From a virus, in IMG/VR virus record IMGVR_UViG_3300045988_103180: a stretch of 64,000 bases of DNA; one strand, written 5' to 3'. Below the pieces are notes generated by a model. It did no database searches. It was not told the DNA's origin and saw only the letters and a program-made list of their open reading frames with translations. This document shows positions 9,610-19,642 of this stretch, piece by piece (positions within the stretch are counted from its first letter, which is position 1; each line of letters starts with the position of its first letter). The translations under genes and the position numbers were made by a program.

Positions 9610-10474
9610 TTACACCATCCTGTGAATTGAAACCATAGTTAACTGCATTATATACATCAATATAATATTTTTCTTTTTCATTTAATTCTTCTTGCGGGCA
9701 AAGCTCAACGACTTCAAATGTAAATTGGTCTAAGCCATCTTTAAGCATTGCTGCATACATCTTGTTATCTTTAGGTGTCTTTATGCCACATCCGCAACGA
9801 CAGTGCTGTGTAAAACGATTTGCAATATCTACAGACTGACCTATATAGCATTTTGTATCATTTATGTCTGTAATCTTATAAATACCGCAAGTTTTTTCAG
9901 TACCAACAATATTAACGAATAAAGCCTTTGCTTTCTTCTGGAAATACGTTGACCAAATTAGCTTTGAAAGAATCTCTGGGTTAGAAAGGCGGTTCTTAAA
10001 CGAATTTAAAATATCAATATCTGCTTTATCACTATCTTCGATAATGATACGATAATCATCTTTAGAATCTTGAACCGCCTGTTCACGTTGAAACGCTTCA
10101 ATTGTCGCAGCCTTTTGTCGCTTTAGTTTATCAAGCGAGTTTTGAAGAATTTGAATTTGCTCGACATATTCAGCTTTATCTTCATCGACTTGAGCCTGAA
10201 AATCACGAAGATTATTCATGATATTCTCTTTTTCAATTTTCTTGAAATCTTCAAAGCTCTGCTTCTGCTGTTCCACATTCTCTTGGAGAGATTTTAAATG
10301 TGCCTTTTCATTTTGAATTTGATATTCAATATGCTCTCGCGCAATAAGAACTTCTTTGTTGTTCTCTTTGACTATATCACATGTTTCTTTTCTGCCAGCT
10401 ATAACGCCTACGCTATAGCCGCATACGACAAATGTAATAGCGCAGACAACAGCTATAATAAATTCGAGAGCCAT
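9590..10474 (-). CDS. T5orf172/GIY-YIG-like nuclease domain protein with N-terminal TM helix and coiled coil
   Basis: C-terminal CGIYKITD...CYIGQSVDIANRFTQH...NEKEKYYI. N-terminal hydrophobic helix followed by a long Glu/Lys/Gln coiled coil. Confidence 0.6.
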   Translation of the reverse strand: MALEFIIAVVCAITFVVCGYSVGVIAGRKETCDIVKENNKEVLIAREHIEYQIQNEKAHLKSLQENVEQQKQSFEDFKKIEKENIMNNLRDFQAQVDEDKAEYVEQIQILQNSLDKLKRQKAATIEAFQREQAVQDSKDDYRIIIEDSDKADIDILNSFKNRLSNPEILSKLIWSTYFQKKAKALFVNIVGTEKTCGIYKITDINDTKCYIGQSVDIANRFTQHCRCGCGIKTPKDNKMYAAMLKDGLDQFTFEVVELCPQEELNEKEKYYIDVYNAVNYGFNSQDGVNGKSND

Positions 10475-10475
10475 A

Positions 10476-10748
10476 TTACTTAGTATATGTTACAGTGATT
10501 TCAGGGTCAACGTTAATACCCTCATTGGTAAGACGAATAAAGTTAGTACCACCATCAGGCTGTAGTTCACGAACTGCATATCCCTTGCGGACAAGTGAAG
10601 AAGTAATAATGCAATTAGTAGTCTTATCGGTTAGATGAACAGCTTTTGCAATATCCTTAAAAGTTTCATCTTTGCCATGATTCTCCTGTAGGTGCTTTAG
10701 AACCTTTTTAGCATTGTCTGAAAATACTGGCTTGGTGATAGTAATCAT
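10476..10748 (-). CDS. hypothetical small winged-helix-like protein
   Basis: 90-aa ORF. FKDIAKAVHLTDKTTNCIITSSLVRKGY resembles a MarR-like recognition helix. Confidence 0.35.
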   Translation of the reverse strand: MITITKPVFSDNAKKVLKHLQENHGKDETFKDIAKAVHLTDKTTNCIITSSLVRKGYAVRELQPDGGTNFIRLTNEGINVDPEITVTYTK

Positions 10749-10785
10749 ATAACTCCTTTACTTTTTTCATTTTTATTTCATATAC

Positions 10786-10814
10786 ATGATAACATAAAAT
10801 ATTCTAGAAGTCAA
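10786..10814 (-). promoter_or_regulatory. sigma70-type promoter
   Basis: Minus strand TTGACT-17-TATCAT. Confidence 0.45.
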
Positions 10815-10817
10815 GCC

Positions 10818-11852
10818 TTAATTAAAAATTTCTTCTAGCTTACAGTCCTGTGTTGGTTTATCTGGACGAAGCCTAGATAGATAAGGATGTCGAAAAGTTT
10901 TATTCTCCTTGTCAAGACTCATGCAGTTTACCTCTACGACCATTCCAATATATTTATCAGGATTGGCTGCGAGGTCAGCTTTGAGATTATCTGTAAGACC
11001 AGAAGACACACGCCCAACAGACACAAGGTTTCCCGCATTATCATATGCGCCAAGACGTAAAGCACCAACCCAACCATAATATGCGGCTTTTGTAATTAGA
11101 TTACCTTCTTTATCTTTATATCCCCAAGTCTCAGATTCTTTACCAGTATAAAGATATTCTGGTGGCAGAACTTCTGTAATCACAAAATCAATATCATTCT
11201 GTGCTTGTTTAATTTTGAACATGACTTTTGGCTGTCGCTTGCCTGGCGCGTATAGACCATTCTCTACGCGAAACACCATACCTTCTTCGCCTGCGGCAAG
11301 TTTATCAGTTGTAACTCTATCTAAGTCTAGATAAGCGTTATCATAGCATCGTGCTACTTCAAGTTCTGGAATTAAAGGAGTAGCAATATCAATATGTCCA
11401 CAAAGATTACTATAACGATAATCATATGTCATATTATTCATAACATAATCTTCGCCGCTATATGCAAGAATATCGTGCATATAGAAATGAATCTTACCGT
11501 ACTCGCCTTTCTGACGTTCAATGGCTTTTTCTGGTAAAGCACCTAAAACCGATGTTACATTCTTAGATGTACCATTAGGATAATAAACCTCACCGATGAT
11601 GCACGTACCATTAGGAAGTTCATTTATAGCCCAATCTTTAATATGCGGCACTTTATCAATATTATCGCTATAATAGCCAGTCTTTTTAGATACTGTGCGA
11701 CTATAAAGATGAACCTCATTCTCGTCTTTAACTAGTTGTGACCAATATCCATCTTTCTTAATAGTACCTATGATTGGTATATTTTTAAGCATATTTTCGT
11801 AATTTTTGGGAGCTTTGCCAACCAGCATTGGCGAATAAATATTTAGAGACAT
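10818..11852 (-). CDS. ATP-dependent DNA ligase
   Basis: Motif I TIKKDGYW, motif IV EGMVFR, motif V VMFKIK. Start moved to the ATG at 11852 behind RBS TGGAGGAA. Confidence 0.75.
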   Translation of the reverse strand: MSLNIYSPMLVGKAPKNYENMLKNIPIIGTIKKDGYWSQLVKDENEVHLYSRTVSKKTGYYSDNIDKVPHIKDWAINELPNGTCIIGEVYYPNGTSKNVTSVLGALPEKAIERQKGEYGKIHFYMHDILAYSGEDYVMNNMTYDYRYSNLCGHIDIATPLIPELEVARCYDNAYLDLDRVTTDKLAAGEEGMVFRVENGLYAPGKRQPKVMFKIKQAQNDIDFVITEVLPPEYLYTGKESETWGYKDKEGNLITKAAYYGWVGALRLGAYDNAGNLVSVGRVSSGLTDNLKADLAANPDKYIGMVVEVNCMSLDKENKTFRHPYLSRLRPDKPTQDCKLEEIFN

Positions 11853-11880
11853 ATTCCTCCAATAGAAAAGAAAGGACAGA

Positions 11881-13974
11881 CTAAAGAATAACTCCCCGTC
11901 CACCCTTGTTTGCAATTTTACCTGTAAAGTTCTGCGGTTCAGTAATTGTCATAGATACAATTTTATCATCATCATCTAACTTAATGCCGCACATTCCGCC
12001 AGAGCGAATACTGCTTGCCCGCACACTATCAGCCATGAAACTAATTTGTCTCTTGATTGATGTTAATGTTACAACACACCCATTTGTCTCTTGGATACTG
12101 ACAATTTTGCTGTCGGTCTTAAATGCCACAGAACCTTTAACATTACGGGTGCCACCGGCAAATTGTTTACCTTCACACTTCTTAACCTTACCGTCTTCCG
12201 TAACAAATAACATGTAAGGCTTATCTACGAATACATCGTTGTGAATAGTGATAATCTTTTCATCATTATCAAGATTGATAATTGCACCGATAGCTGTACC
12301 CTTATCTTTTGAGCCACATTCTTTAATATCTGAAAGAGCAATCCTAAAGAATCGTCCTTTATTCGAGAATAAAGCCACTTTTCTATCCTCAGACACGGTG
12401 AATGCAAGGTTACCATCACTCTTGTACTTAGAAGGTGAGACTTTTTGTAGATAACCAAGAGGATTAAAAGCAATAATAAAATTTCTATTCTCTTTTGGTG
12501 TGGAAGACTTTGTCTTTTTCGTCTTTGTGATTTCCTTTTGAACTACCTTAGTGCGGCGTTCGTCTCCAAACTTTTCGGACACTTCATTAAAACGCTTAAT
12601 CATTTCTTGCTTTAGAAGTTTATTTGAATTTAAAATAGAACCAATTCGCTCAATTTCAGATTCAAGATTTTCTTTATCTTTAATTAGCTTATTTACTTCT
12701 AGTTTTGCAAGACGAACAAGTTTAATTTCTAGAATTGCCTTAGCTTGGTCTTCATCAATATCTAAGAAAGATTGTAGTTTTTCATTAGCTTCTTTAGTTG
12801 AAGAAGAACTCTTAATCGTTTCAACTGTTTCATCAATCTTATTAATTGCCGCAATAATACCATTTGTAATTTTTAATTTATAATTAAGAACATCAAGCTG
12901 ATGTTTGTACATATTAATATATATTTGCTTCTCATGTTTCAAGTGTGCAGTTAATGCTTCTTGCCAACCAAAGACTTTAGGATAGCGACCGTTCTCAAGC
13001 ATGGTCATGTTGATACCATAAGTTTTTTGTAGAGAAGTATTATCAAACAGATAAGTTGCTACTTCTTTTGGATTAGCAGACCTAGAAAGATAAATCTTAA
13101 TACAGACGTTTTCACCTGTAAGGTCATTTAGATTAACGATGCCAGGATTAGTTTCTTCATCATTCGTAATCTTTTCAATTTCATTACAAATAGTATTAGT
13201 ATAAACGCTATAAGGAAGTTCACGAACGATAATGCAATTATCTTTCTTGTCGTATTCTAGCTTTGCACGAATAATGCAACCTTTACCTTTACCAGTTTTA
13301 AGGCTTTCGCGCACTTCGTCTTTATTAAGAATTGTGCCACCAGTAGCAAAATCAGGATAACATAAAATATCATCAAATGTTGCATCTTTATGCTCTAACA
13401 TATACATCATTGCTGCATTTACTTCTTTGAGATTGAACTGTGGAACAGAGCTTGCAAGACCAGATGCAATTCCGCTTGTGCCGTTGACGATATTATAAAA
13501 TCCAAGAGAGGAAAGAATTCTAGGATACTTTTCAGTATCGTCATAGTTATCTACCCATTCATCTACAGTATATTTATCTGTTTCTTTGAGAAGATAATCA
13601 GATAGCTGAGAAAGACGTGATGCTGTATATCGTGGTGCGGCCCAGTTCCCTGTCTCTGTTAAAGTTCCGTACGAACCTTCCACTTCTACTAGTGGATACC
13701 TCATGGAAAAAGGCTGTCCACTACGCATTACAATACCTTCGCAAGACGCGTCGCCGTGAATGTAAAGTCTCATACAACTTCCTATCGCTTTAAGCGTCTT
13801 TTTAAATGGCTTATCATGAGTGAATTTGTCTGTGAACATACAGTACAGAACTTGTCTAGTAGATGGTTTTACGCAGTCTCGGACATCTACTAACGCACGT
13901 GACTGAATAACTGCTCCTGCATACTGTCCAAAACTGTTATCAATAACATCGTCTAAACTTACTTCAAAATCCAA
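11881..13974 (-). CDS. type II DNA topoisomerase, subunit A (GyrA/ParC-like)
   Basis: SRALVDVRDCVKPSTRQVLY (RALPDVRDGLKPVHRR-like). Active-site region AAPRYTASRLS. Confidence 0.8.
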   Translation of the reverse strand: MDFEVSLDDVIDNSFGQYAGAVIQSRALVDVRDCVKPSTRQVLYCMFTDKFTHDKPFKKTLKAIGSCMRLYIHGDASCEGIVMRSGQPFSMRYPLVEVEGSYGTLTETGNWAAPRYTASRLSQLSDYLLKETDKYTVDEWVDNYDDTEKYPRILSSLGFYNIVNGTSGIASGLASSVPQFNLKEVNAAMMYMLEHKDATFDDILCYPDFATGGTILNKDEVRESLKTGKGKGCIIRAKLEYDKKDNCIIVRELPYSVYTNTICNEIEKITNDEETNPGIVNLNDLTGENVCIKIYLSRSANPKEVATYLFDNTSLQKTYGINMTMLENGRYPKVFGWQEALTAHLKHEKQIYINMYKHQLDVLNYKLKITNGIIAAINKIDETVETIKSSSSTKEANEKLQSFLDIDEDQAKAILEIKLVRLAKLEVNKLIKDKENLESEIERIGSILNSNKLLKQEMIKRFNEVSEKFGDERRTKVVQKEITKTKKTKSSTPKENRNFIIAFNPLGYLQKVSPSKYKSDGNLAFTVSEDRKVALFSNKGRFFRIALSDIKECGSKDKGTAIGAIINLDNDEKIITIHNDVFVDKPYMLFVTEDGKVKKCEGKQFAGGTRNVKGSVAFKTDSKIVSIQETNGCVVTLTSIKRQISFMADSVRASSIRSGGMCGIKLDDDDKIVSMTITEPQNFTGKIANKGGRGVIL

Positions 13975-15825
13975 TTACTCTTTCACCTCACTAAAGTCAA
14001 TATTGTTGAAAATAAAATTTTTGCGACCGTCTGCATTTGAACCCATAAGAGTTATAAGTTTATTCTTTGTTTTGTCTGTTGGAATAAGAACATCCATATG
14101 CTGATTCTCGCCAAACATAGAATTACGTGCTTGACTTGCAGATAGTGAACCGAGTCCCTTACAACGTTGTACCTCTACTCCTGCTGGAAGGTTTGGCCTA
14201 GCTGCGTCCATTTCTTGGTCTGTAAAGTAATATTGTTCCTTATCTTTACCTTTGACAATATAGAGAGGTGAGCGTAACCAACATAGTCTATTCTCTTGAA
14301 TAAACTTAGGACAGAAGTGTTCTAAAGCTGATGCAATAAGCAATCCGATGTGGTAACCGTCACTATCGGAGTCAACGCATATACCAATCCTGCCGTATCT
14401 TAAATTTGTCTCTTCGTAATCTTCATATGGTTTAATACCAAGTGCCTTAAAAAGTAATTGAATCTCTTCGTTCTTTAACAGTCTATCGTCTTTATTTGCA
14501 AGTGCGTTGATTAGCTTGCCGCGCAGCATTAAAATTCCATATTTGTCAATTTCACGTGCAACACACATCGAAGCTCCAGCTGACAGTCCTTCCACTACGA
14601 GAAGGGTAGAATCTTGGCCAAGGAATTCAGCGTCTTTGAGCTTGTCTGGATTAAGAATCTTAACCTTATTACCACGCTTTTTATTATTCTTAACTGCCGC
14701 ACGCGCACGCTTAGCTGCTTCTGCGGCTTTTCGCGCAAGGATAGCCTTTTCCAGAATAGCCTTTGCATCTTCTGGGTTGCTATCTAGCCATACTTCTAGC
14801 TGCTGTCCAAGAGCAGTGGTAAAAGAAGTATCCATATCAATAATATCATCTTTTACCTGCGCATTATATTTAACACCTTTGCTATTGATATTACATACTA
14901 ATACAATACCTTCTTGGATTGCGGCACCATCCAGATTTTTATCTTTTGCGGTTAAAAGATTATTTTCTTTCGCCCAGTTATTAAATACACGAGTGAGAGT
15001 TGATTTAATTCCTGTAATATGCGGTCCAGATGATGTAATACCATAGTTAACGTATGGAATAATCTTTGCTTGACTGCCAGATGTAAAAGTCATAGCTAGA
15101 TTGATTTTATCAGTATTCATAACAAAATGATTACCAACAATTTCAATATCTTTACCACGTTTTTCATCTAACATATCTTCAATGCTATTATGACTAATCT
15201 TTTCGCCATTTAAAAATACCGTTAGAGTTGGACAAATACAAGTAATATCATTGAAAAACTTTTTGAAAAATAAAACTGATGTTTTACCTGTGCCAAAAAA
15301 TTGTTCGTCCGGAAGATAAGTAACAGTCGTACCAGTATGAGCGGTTTGTTTTGCGTCTCCACTTTGATGACTATAAAGTACACCATCTGAAAAGCTATTA
15401 CATTCCCACCTACCTTCACGAACTGTTTCTGCCATTACATTTTTAGATAGATATGTAACTAATTTTGTACCAATTCCGTTAAGGCCAAGACTTGAACCTT
15501 CATATACTCCATCATCTGTATATTTACCAGATGTATTCATAGTATCGAACGCAGCTTGAAAAACAGTTTTACCATCGTCTCGCATTTCATCTACAAGAAA
15601 TCCTTGAGCAAAATCTTCAATACGGCATAAACCGCTTTTGTCAATTGATACATCAATAGTATCACCATGACCAATGTTATGTTCGTCAAGAGCATTGCTA
15701 AACAATTCCATCATAAGTTGATTTGGCGTTGAAGTATCGCCACAATACATAGACGGGCGCTTTCTTACATGCTCTCTTGGTGTTAACGATTGAATAGATT
15801 CTTTAGTATAATCATTCTTAGCCAT
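13975..15825 (-). CDS. type II DNA topoisomerase, subunit B (GyrB/ParE-like)
   Basis: RKRPSMYCGDT, GLNGIGTKL, TOPRIM LVVEGLSAGAS, DSDSDGYHIG. Start at the ATG at 15825 behind AGGAG. Confidence 0.8.
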   Translation of the reverse strand: MAKNDYTKESIQSLTPREHVRKRPSMYCGDTSTPNQLMMELFSNALDEHNIGHGDTIDVSIDKSGLCRIEDFAQGFLVDEMRDDGKTVFQAAFDTMNTSGKYTDDGVYEGSSLGLNGIGTKLVTYLSKNVMAETVREGRWECNSFSDGVLYSHQSGDAKQTAHTGTTVTYLPDEQFFGTGKTSVLFFKKFFNDITCICPTLTVFLNGEKISHNSIEDMLDEKRGKDIEIVGNHFVMNTDKINLAMTFTSGSQAKIIPYVNYGITSSGPHITGIKSTLTRVFNNWAKENNLLTAKDKNLDGAAIQEGIVLVCNINSKGVKYNAQVKDDIIDMDTSFTTALGQQLEVWLDSNPEDAKAILEKAILARKAAEAAKRARAAVKNNKKRGNKVKILNPDKLKDAEFLGQDSTLLVVEGLSAGASMCVAREIDKYGILMLRGKLINALANKDDRLLKNEEIQLLFKALGIKPYEDYEETNLRYGRIGICVDSDSDGYHIGLLIASALEHFCPKFIQENRLCWLRSPLYIVKGKDKEQYYFTDQEMDAARPNLPAGVEVQRCKGLGSLSASQARNSMFGENQHMDVLIPTDKTKNKLITLMGSNADGRKNFIFNNIDFSEVKE

Positions 15826-15917
15826 GAATCTCCTTTCTTTTATAGATATTATATCATTTTCATTTTCAATTGTCAACAAAAAATGGATGCCGATTATAGC
15901 AATCGACATCCATGCAA

Positions 15918-16328
15918 TTACCTTCGCTTATTTTCTACATCTTTTAGGAACTGTCTGCGACTATCTACTTCATCCTTGCAGAATTCCTTGAAATTATTTT
16001 TCAAATTCCTATATTCCTTACGAGACGTGTACCAATCATGCTTTGCCCAACGACAAGCATCCTTAAAATATTTCGCATCCTCAAGCATATATGCGTAAGA
16101 CATAATACCATAATAACGCTCACGCATAGCTTCAGCACGCTTTTTCATAATTTTTACACGACACTTATACTCGGCAATACGCCAACCGCTCCAACGGTTT
16201 GCCACATCAACATCTTCGTCATGCGGCTTAGCATATCCAGTAAACGTACCCCACTTTGAAGATAGTGTTACCGATGCCAGTTTAGTGTTTTCATCCCAAG
16301 AACAATCAATTACTCGACGATGTGCCAT
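15918..16328 (-). CDS. hypothetical protein
   Basis: 136-aa ORF in operon packing. No motif recognised. Confidence 0.4.
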   Translation of the reverse strand: MAHRRVIDCSWDENTKLASVTLSSKWGTFTGYAKPHDEDVDVANRWSGWRIAEYKCRVKIMKKRAEAMRERYYGIMSYAYMLEDAKYFKDACRWAKHDWYTSRKEYRNLKNNFKEFCKDEVDSRRQFLKDVENKRR

Positions 16329-16338
16329 TTCTTTCTCC

Positions 16339-17190
16339 TTATAATTTATTATAGACTGTTGACATATAATAGTTCATGATAGCGAATTGAGTCGATTCAA
16401 GTGCATCCGCCGCATCTTTAGACGGCTCGGGAATAAATTTAGAATTATTCTCAATAAGCTCGTCCATTTTCATTACATACTTTTCTGCTTTTAACTTTGC
16501 ATCTTCTGGTGTAAAGACAGTACGGTAACGTTTAATATCCATCATTTCATCGCGATACATACTTTCTTTACCAAAAGAGTCATATTTATCAACCCATATA
16601 GCCCGAGAAAATGGTGCACCATCAATGAGATAACGTTTAACAAATAGATACAGTCGCATGATATGCTGCAATTCCTTCGCTACATATCCGTACTTCTCAA
16701 TCAGCTCATGATTGGCAGGAGAATCATGACAAATCTTCTTTGCCTTTTCCATTGCCATTCCAAGAGAAGAAAAGATTAGCTTCTGCGGATTAAGATTAGC
16801 AATATCATCACAATGTTTACGGAGATATTCCCAATAAATATTATATTGAGGATTCACAACATAATATTCAGTACAAAGAATCTCCAAGAAATTAATGTTA
16901 GCTTTATGGAGAATCTTAAAATAATCTCGAAAATCTTTTACAGTACAATGCTCGTCATTGTCCATAATCTCGACTTTATTAAGATGCTTCTTATCCAAGA
17001 ACAAATCATATGCTGTTGGGATCATAAGCAACTTGGTATCAACATCAGATTCTTCGTCCCATAGATTATAATTCATAGAACCATTGGCTGCGCATACAAG
17101 ATATGGATACTGCCAATACTTACCTGTGGCAATAATAGCGCTAAGATGCTCTTCAACCCTATTCTGAATCTTATTTACATTTTCTGCCAT
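16339..17190 (-). CDS. RlaP-like (RNA-repair-associated pol-beta fold) nucleotidyltransferase
   Basis: N-terminal NGSMNYNLWDEESDVDTKLL fits the GS-x9-12-SDxD nucleotidyltransferase signature. Directly downstream of the Ro60-like gene. Confidence 0.5.
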   Translation of the reverse strand: MAENVNKIQNRVEEHLSAIIATGKYWQYPYLVCAANGSMNYNLWDEESDVDTKLLMIPTAYDLFLDKKHLNKVEIMDNDEHCTVKDFRDYFKILHKANINFLEILCTEYYVVNPQYNIYWEYLRKHCDDIANLNPQKLIFSSLGMAMEKAKKICHDSPANHELIEKYGYVAKELQHIMRLYLFVKRYLIDGAPFSRAIWVDKYDSFGKESMYRDEMMDIKRYRTVFTPEDAKLKAEKYVMKMDELIENNSKFIPEPSKDAADALESTQFAIMNYYMSTVYNKL

Positions 17191-17215
17191 TTCTATTTCC
17201 TTTCTCTATATATGT

Positions 17216-17244
17216 ATTATAACAGATTTATTTATCATTGTCAA
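17216..17244 (-). promoter_or_regulatory. sigma70-type promoter
   Basis: Minus strand TTGACA-17-TATAAT. Confidence 0.5.
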
Positions 17245-17246
17245 TA

Positions 17247-17276
17247 CAAAAAAGGCACCCATGAGGGTGCCTTTAC
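17247..17276 (-). terminator. rho-independent terminator
   Basis: rc AAAGGCACCC-tcat-GGGTGCCTTT followed by TTTG. Confidence 0.65.
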
Positions 17277-17290
17277 CAAAAGAAAGAAAA

Positions 17291-18751
17291 TTAGAAGAGG
17301 TAGTTCTCGCTATCGTTGGCGTAGAAATGGTAGTTATCATTGATGTAGTCGTACAGCTTGCCGCCATTCTCTACGTATTTAAGCATCTTGAAGACGTTAT
17401 CGTTCAGAGCTGTCATGAGGTGGACGTCAGGATTGCCTGGATTAGCAATTTGGTCAGCATAGTTACCTAGGTCGAAACTATAAAGAATTGTGCGGCCATG
17501 TGTGGCACAATAATTATTATAGTTGCACATATCGTAAGTACTATCTCCCCAATAATGATACTGTCTTGCCATCACCTGCATATCAGAAACAACGAAGATG
17601 CGGTCGTACTTCTTATCACTGATAATACCGAAAGCAGGAGCAATGTCAGTTCCATAACCGCAATTATCGTTCTCACACATTTCACGAATGACTTGGAATG
17701 GGCCGCAAGCCTTCTTGAAAGTTGCAGACTTAGCACGATTGCCGAACTTTACAAAATCGCAATTACCATTAATGTAAAGAGCCGCAGCATAGCAAGCGCC
17801 AACTTCCTTGATAGTAAGATTGGACTTGTTACCGTAGCGGTCTTCCATCGAACCGGAAACATCAAGCATGATAACGGAATTACCTTCTAGCTTGGGCATA
17901 TTGCCGCAAGCAATACGGAAAGCAGTATCAAGTGCAGTGATAACTGCAAAGTTCTGAACATTTAGATTACGATAAGCAGTATAAATCTGATAAGGAAATA
18001 CAAGAGACTTCTTGATAGAAACCTCGTTAATAAGCTGGTCTACAAGATTACGCTTAATCCATTCGTCGTCAACGTCCTCTGCGAGAATGTTATTGAGATT
18101 ACGGATAAGAGCGAGATAACCGAGACGATTACCCTCAACCATATTCTTCCAACTGTTCTTGCCAGTGGAGATATTGACTTCCCAAGTATCAGCAGCTTCT
18201 AGCTTACCATTCATGTAACCATCAACAATGCCACTCTTGGGATGAATGATATTGATAAGGTCATACATGTTATAGCGCTTACCCTTCATCTGATACTTCA
18301 TAAGATTGTACTCAGAAAGACCAGACATATAATCTGCAAAACCACGAATCATAGCATGAGAACGCTTGCCACCAAGCATGTCAACAGCTGCGAAAATCTC
18401 AGACATATCATCAGGACGATGACAGAAAGCCTTATAGAAATCGCGCTTGCGCTCAAAGCTCTGACCATTCAGCATAGCCGCAACAAGCTGCGAAACACTA
18501 CGCATACCAAGTTGGTTTCGTGCAAACATGGCACACTTACCAGCGAACTCAGCGCCATACTTATCAATTACAAGATTCGTAAGTTCGATGAAACGAGTCT
18601 GCTGCGTGTCAGCATTCTCATAGAAACCATCGTCCATCTTGCTAGAGAACAAGAAATTCATCCAATCCTCAAGTACATCCTTCTTGTAATTCTCGCCGCC
18701 CTCGTATGACATAGAACGTTCGGTCTTAACCTTTTCATTAAACTTAGACAT
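17291..18751 (-). CDS. rsr: Ro60/Rsr ortholog (TROVE domain + vWA/MIDAS)
   Basis: YEGGENY..LEDWMNFLF..GFYE, LMKYQMKGKRYNMYDLINIIHPK, MIDAS IMLDVSGSM, GYGTDIAP, IFVVSDMQ. These line up with my recollection of Deinococcus Rsr. Confidence 0.75.
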   Translation of the reverse strand: MSKFNEKVKTERSMSYEGGENYKKDVLEDWMNFLFSSKMDDGFYENADTQQTRFIELTNLVIDKYGAEFAGKCAMFARNQLGMRSVSQLVAAMLNGQSFERKRDFYKAFCHRPDDMSEIFAAVDMLGGKRSHAMIRGFADYMSGLSEYNLMKYQMKGKRYNMYDLINIIHPKSGIVDGYMNGKLEAADTWEVNISTGKNSWKNMVEGNRLGYLALIRNLNNILAEDVDDEWIKRNLVDQLINEVSIKKSLVFPYQIYTAYRNLNVQNFAVITALDTAFRIACGNMPKLEGNSVIMLDVSGSMEDRYGNKSNLTIKEVGACYAAALYINGNCDFVKFGNRAKSATFKKACGPFQVIREMCENDNCGYGTDIAPAFGIISDKKYDRIFVVSDMQVMARQYHYWGDSTYDMCNYNNYCATHGRTILYSFDLGNYADQIANPGNPDVHLMTALNDNVFKMLKYVENGGKLYDYINDNYHFYANDSENYLF

Positions 18752-18788
18752 ATCTTATCACTTTCTCTTGGAAGGAAAACTTTCTTAT

Positions 18789-18818
18789 ATTATAACATCT
18801 GTTTATATAGCTTGTCAA
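18789..18818 (-). promoter_or_regulatory. sigma70-type promoter
   Basis: Minus strand TTGACA-18-TATAAT, then a CCAAGAGA leader. Confidence 0.5.
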
Positions 18819-18826
18819 GTAAAATT

Positions 18827-19615
18827 TTAGAAAACATCTAGGTCATGGAAACCTGAATAGTCAATGATTTTCAAATTGCCAAGAGCATCATAACCATAGT
18901 TGCCAGTATGCAAGTCTGAAATCTTTTCTTTATAAAGAAAATCAATAAAACGTTGAGTTGCCCTGCGACCATACGTTTCAATGAAAACGCCACACTCTGT
19001 AGTATAAAATTCACTATAGCTATCTTTGTGCTCTTTGCGACTTTTGTCAATCATTGCCTTTGCAATTTTATCCGTCTTGCGGCAATTGCTCTTTTTACGA
19101 TTGTATGTTTTCCCAGCGCAAGAAGAAACATACACCGGAACGCCGCATATAAAACCTAAAAAAGCAGTCTTAGTAAACATCTGATTAACATTATACTTGC
19201 GGGCAATACGATAAATATATTCTTCAACCGCACAATAGTCATTTGCATCTACTGGATATGCACCATCATTATTTGCATTTTTATAAAGGACTACATCATC
19301 AAAGCAGAAATACATAGGCACACGCTCTTGCTCAGCACAGTCTTTAAAATATTGATTATCTTCATCCTCAATATGAAAAAATCCAATATAAGGAATCTTA
19401 AACACATAGTTAGCAAACTCTTTAAAATGAAATACAGATTTGGAACAACCACAATTAACCCAATCAGCACCAATAGTATTGCCAATTTGCTTAATAAAAT
19501 TATAAAAAGTATCTTCAACGGCATCTTCAAAATATACCTGAGACAATTTTAAAAATTCAGGATTACAATTACGAAATCTATTATCAAGAAAATTAAGCAT
19601 CTCTGATTTATTCAT
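18827..19615 (-). CDS. hypothetical protein
   Basis: 262-aa ORF. No motif recognised. Confidence 0.45.
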   Translation of the reverse strand: MNKSEMLNFLDNRFRNCNPEFLKLSQVYFEDAVEDTFYNFIKQIGNTIGADWVNCGCSKSVFHFKEFANYVFKIPYIGFFHIEDEDNQYFKDCAEQERVPMYFCFDDVVLYKNANNDGAYPVDANDYCAVEEYIYRIARKYNVNQMFTKTAFLGFICGVPVYVSSCAGKTYNRKKSNCRKTDKIAKAMIDKSRKEHKDSYSEFYTTECGVFIETYGRRATQRFIDFLYKEKISDLHTGNYGYDALGNLKIIDYSGFHDLDVF

Positions 19616-19642
19616 ATAGTTTCCTTTCTTCGTTCCACTATA

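Noticed and set aside
11853-11915. Long N-terminal extensions given by the ORF track for the ligase (11915), the topoisomerase B subunit (15909), the exonuclease (60835) and several plus-strand genes.
   Set aside because: The extensions overlap upstream genes or leaders, encode hydrophobic nonsense and lack an RBS. In each case an internal ATG or GTG is preceded by a strong purine-rich RBS or the conserved leader.
14507-15046. The 179-aa plus-strand ORF inside the topoisomerase B gene, and similar antisense ORFs within large minus-strand genes.
   Set aside because: They lie antisense to genes with clear family motifs. They have low-complexity Ser/Leu/Arg-rich translations and no translation signals.
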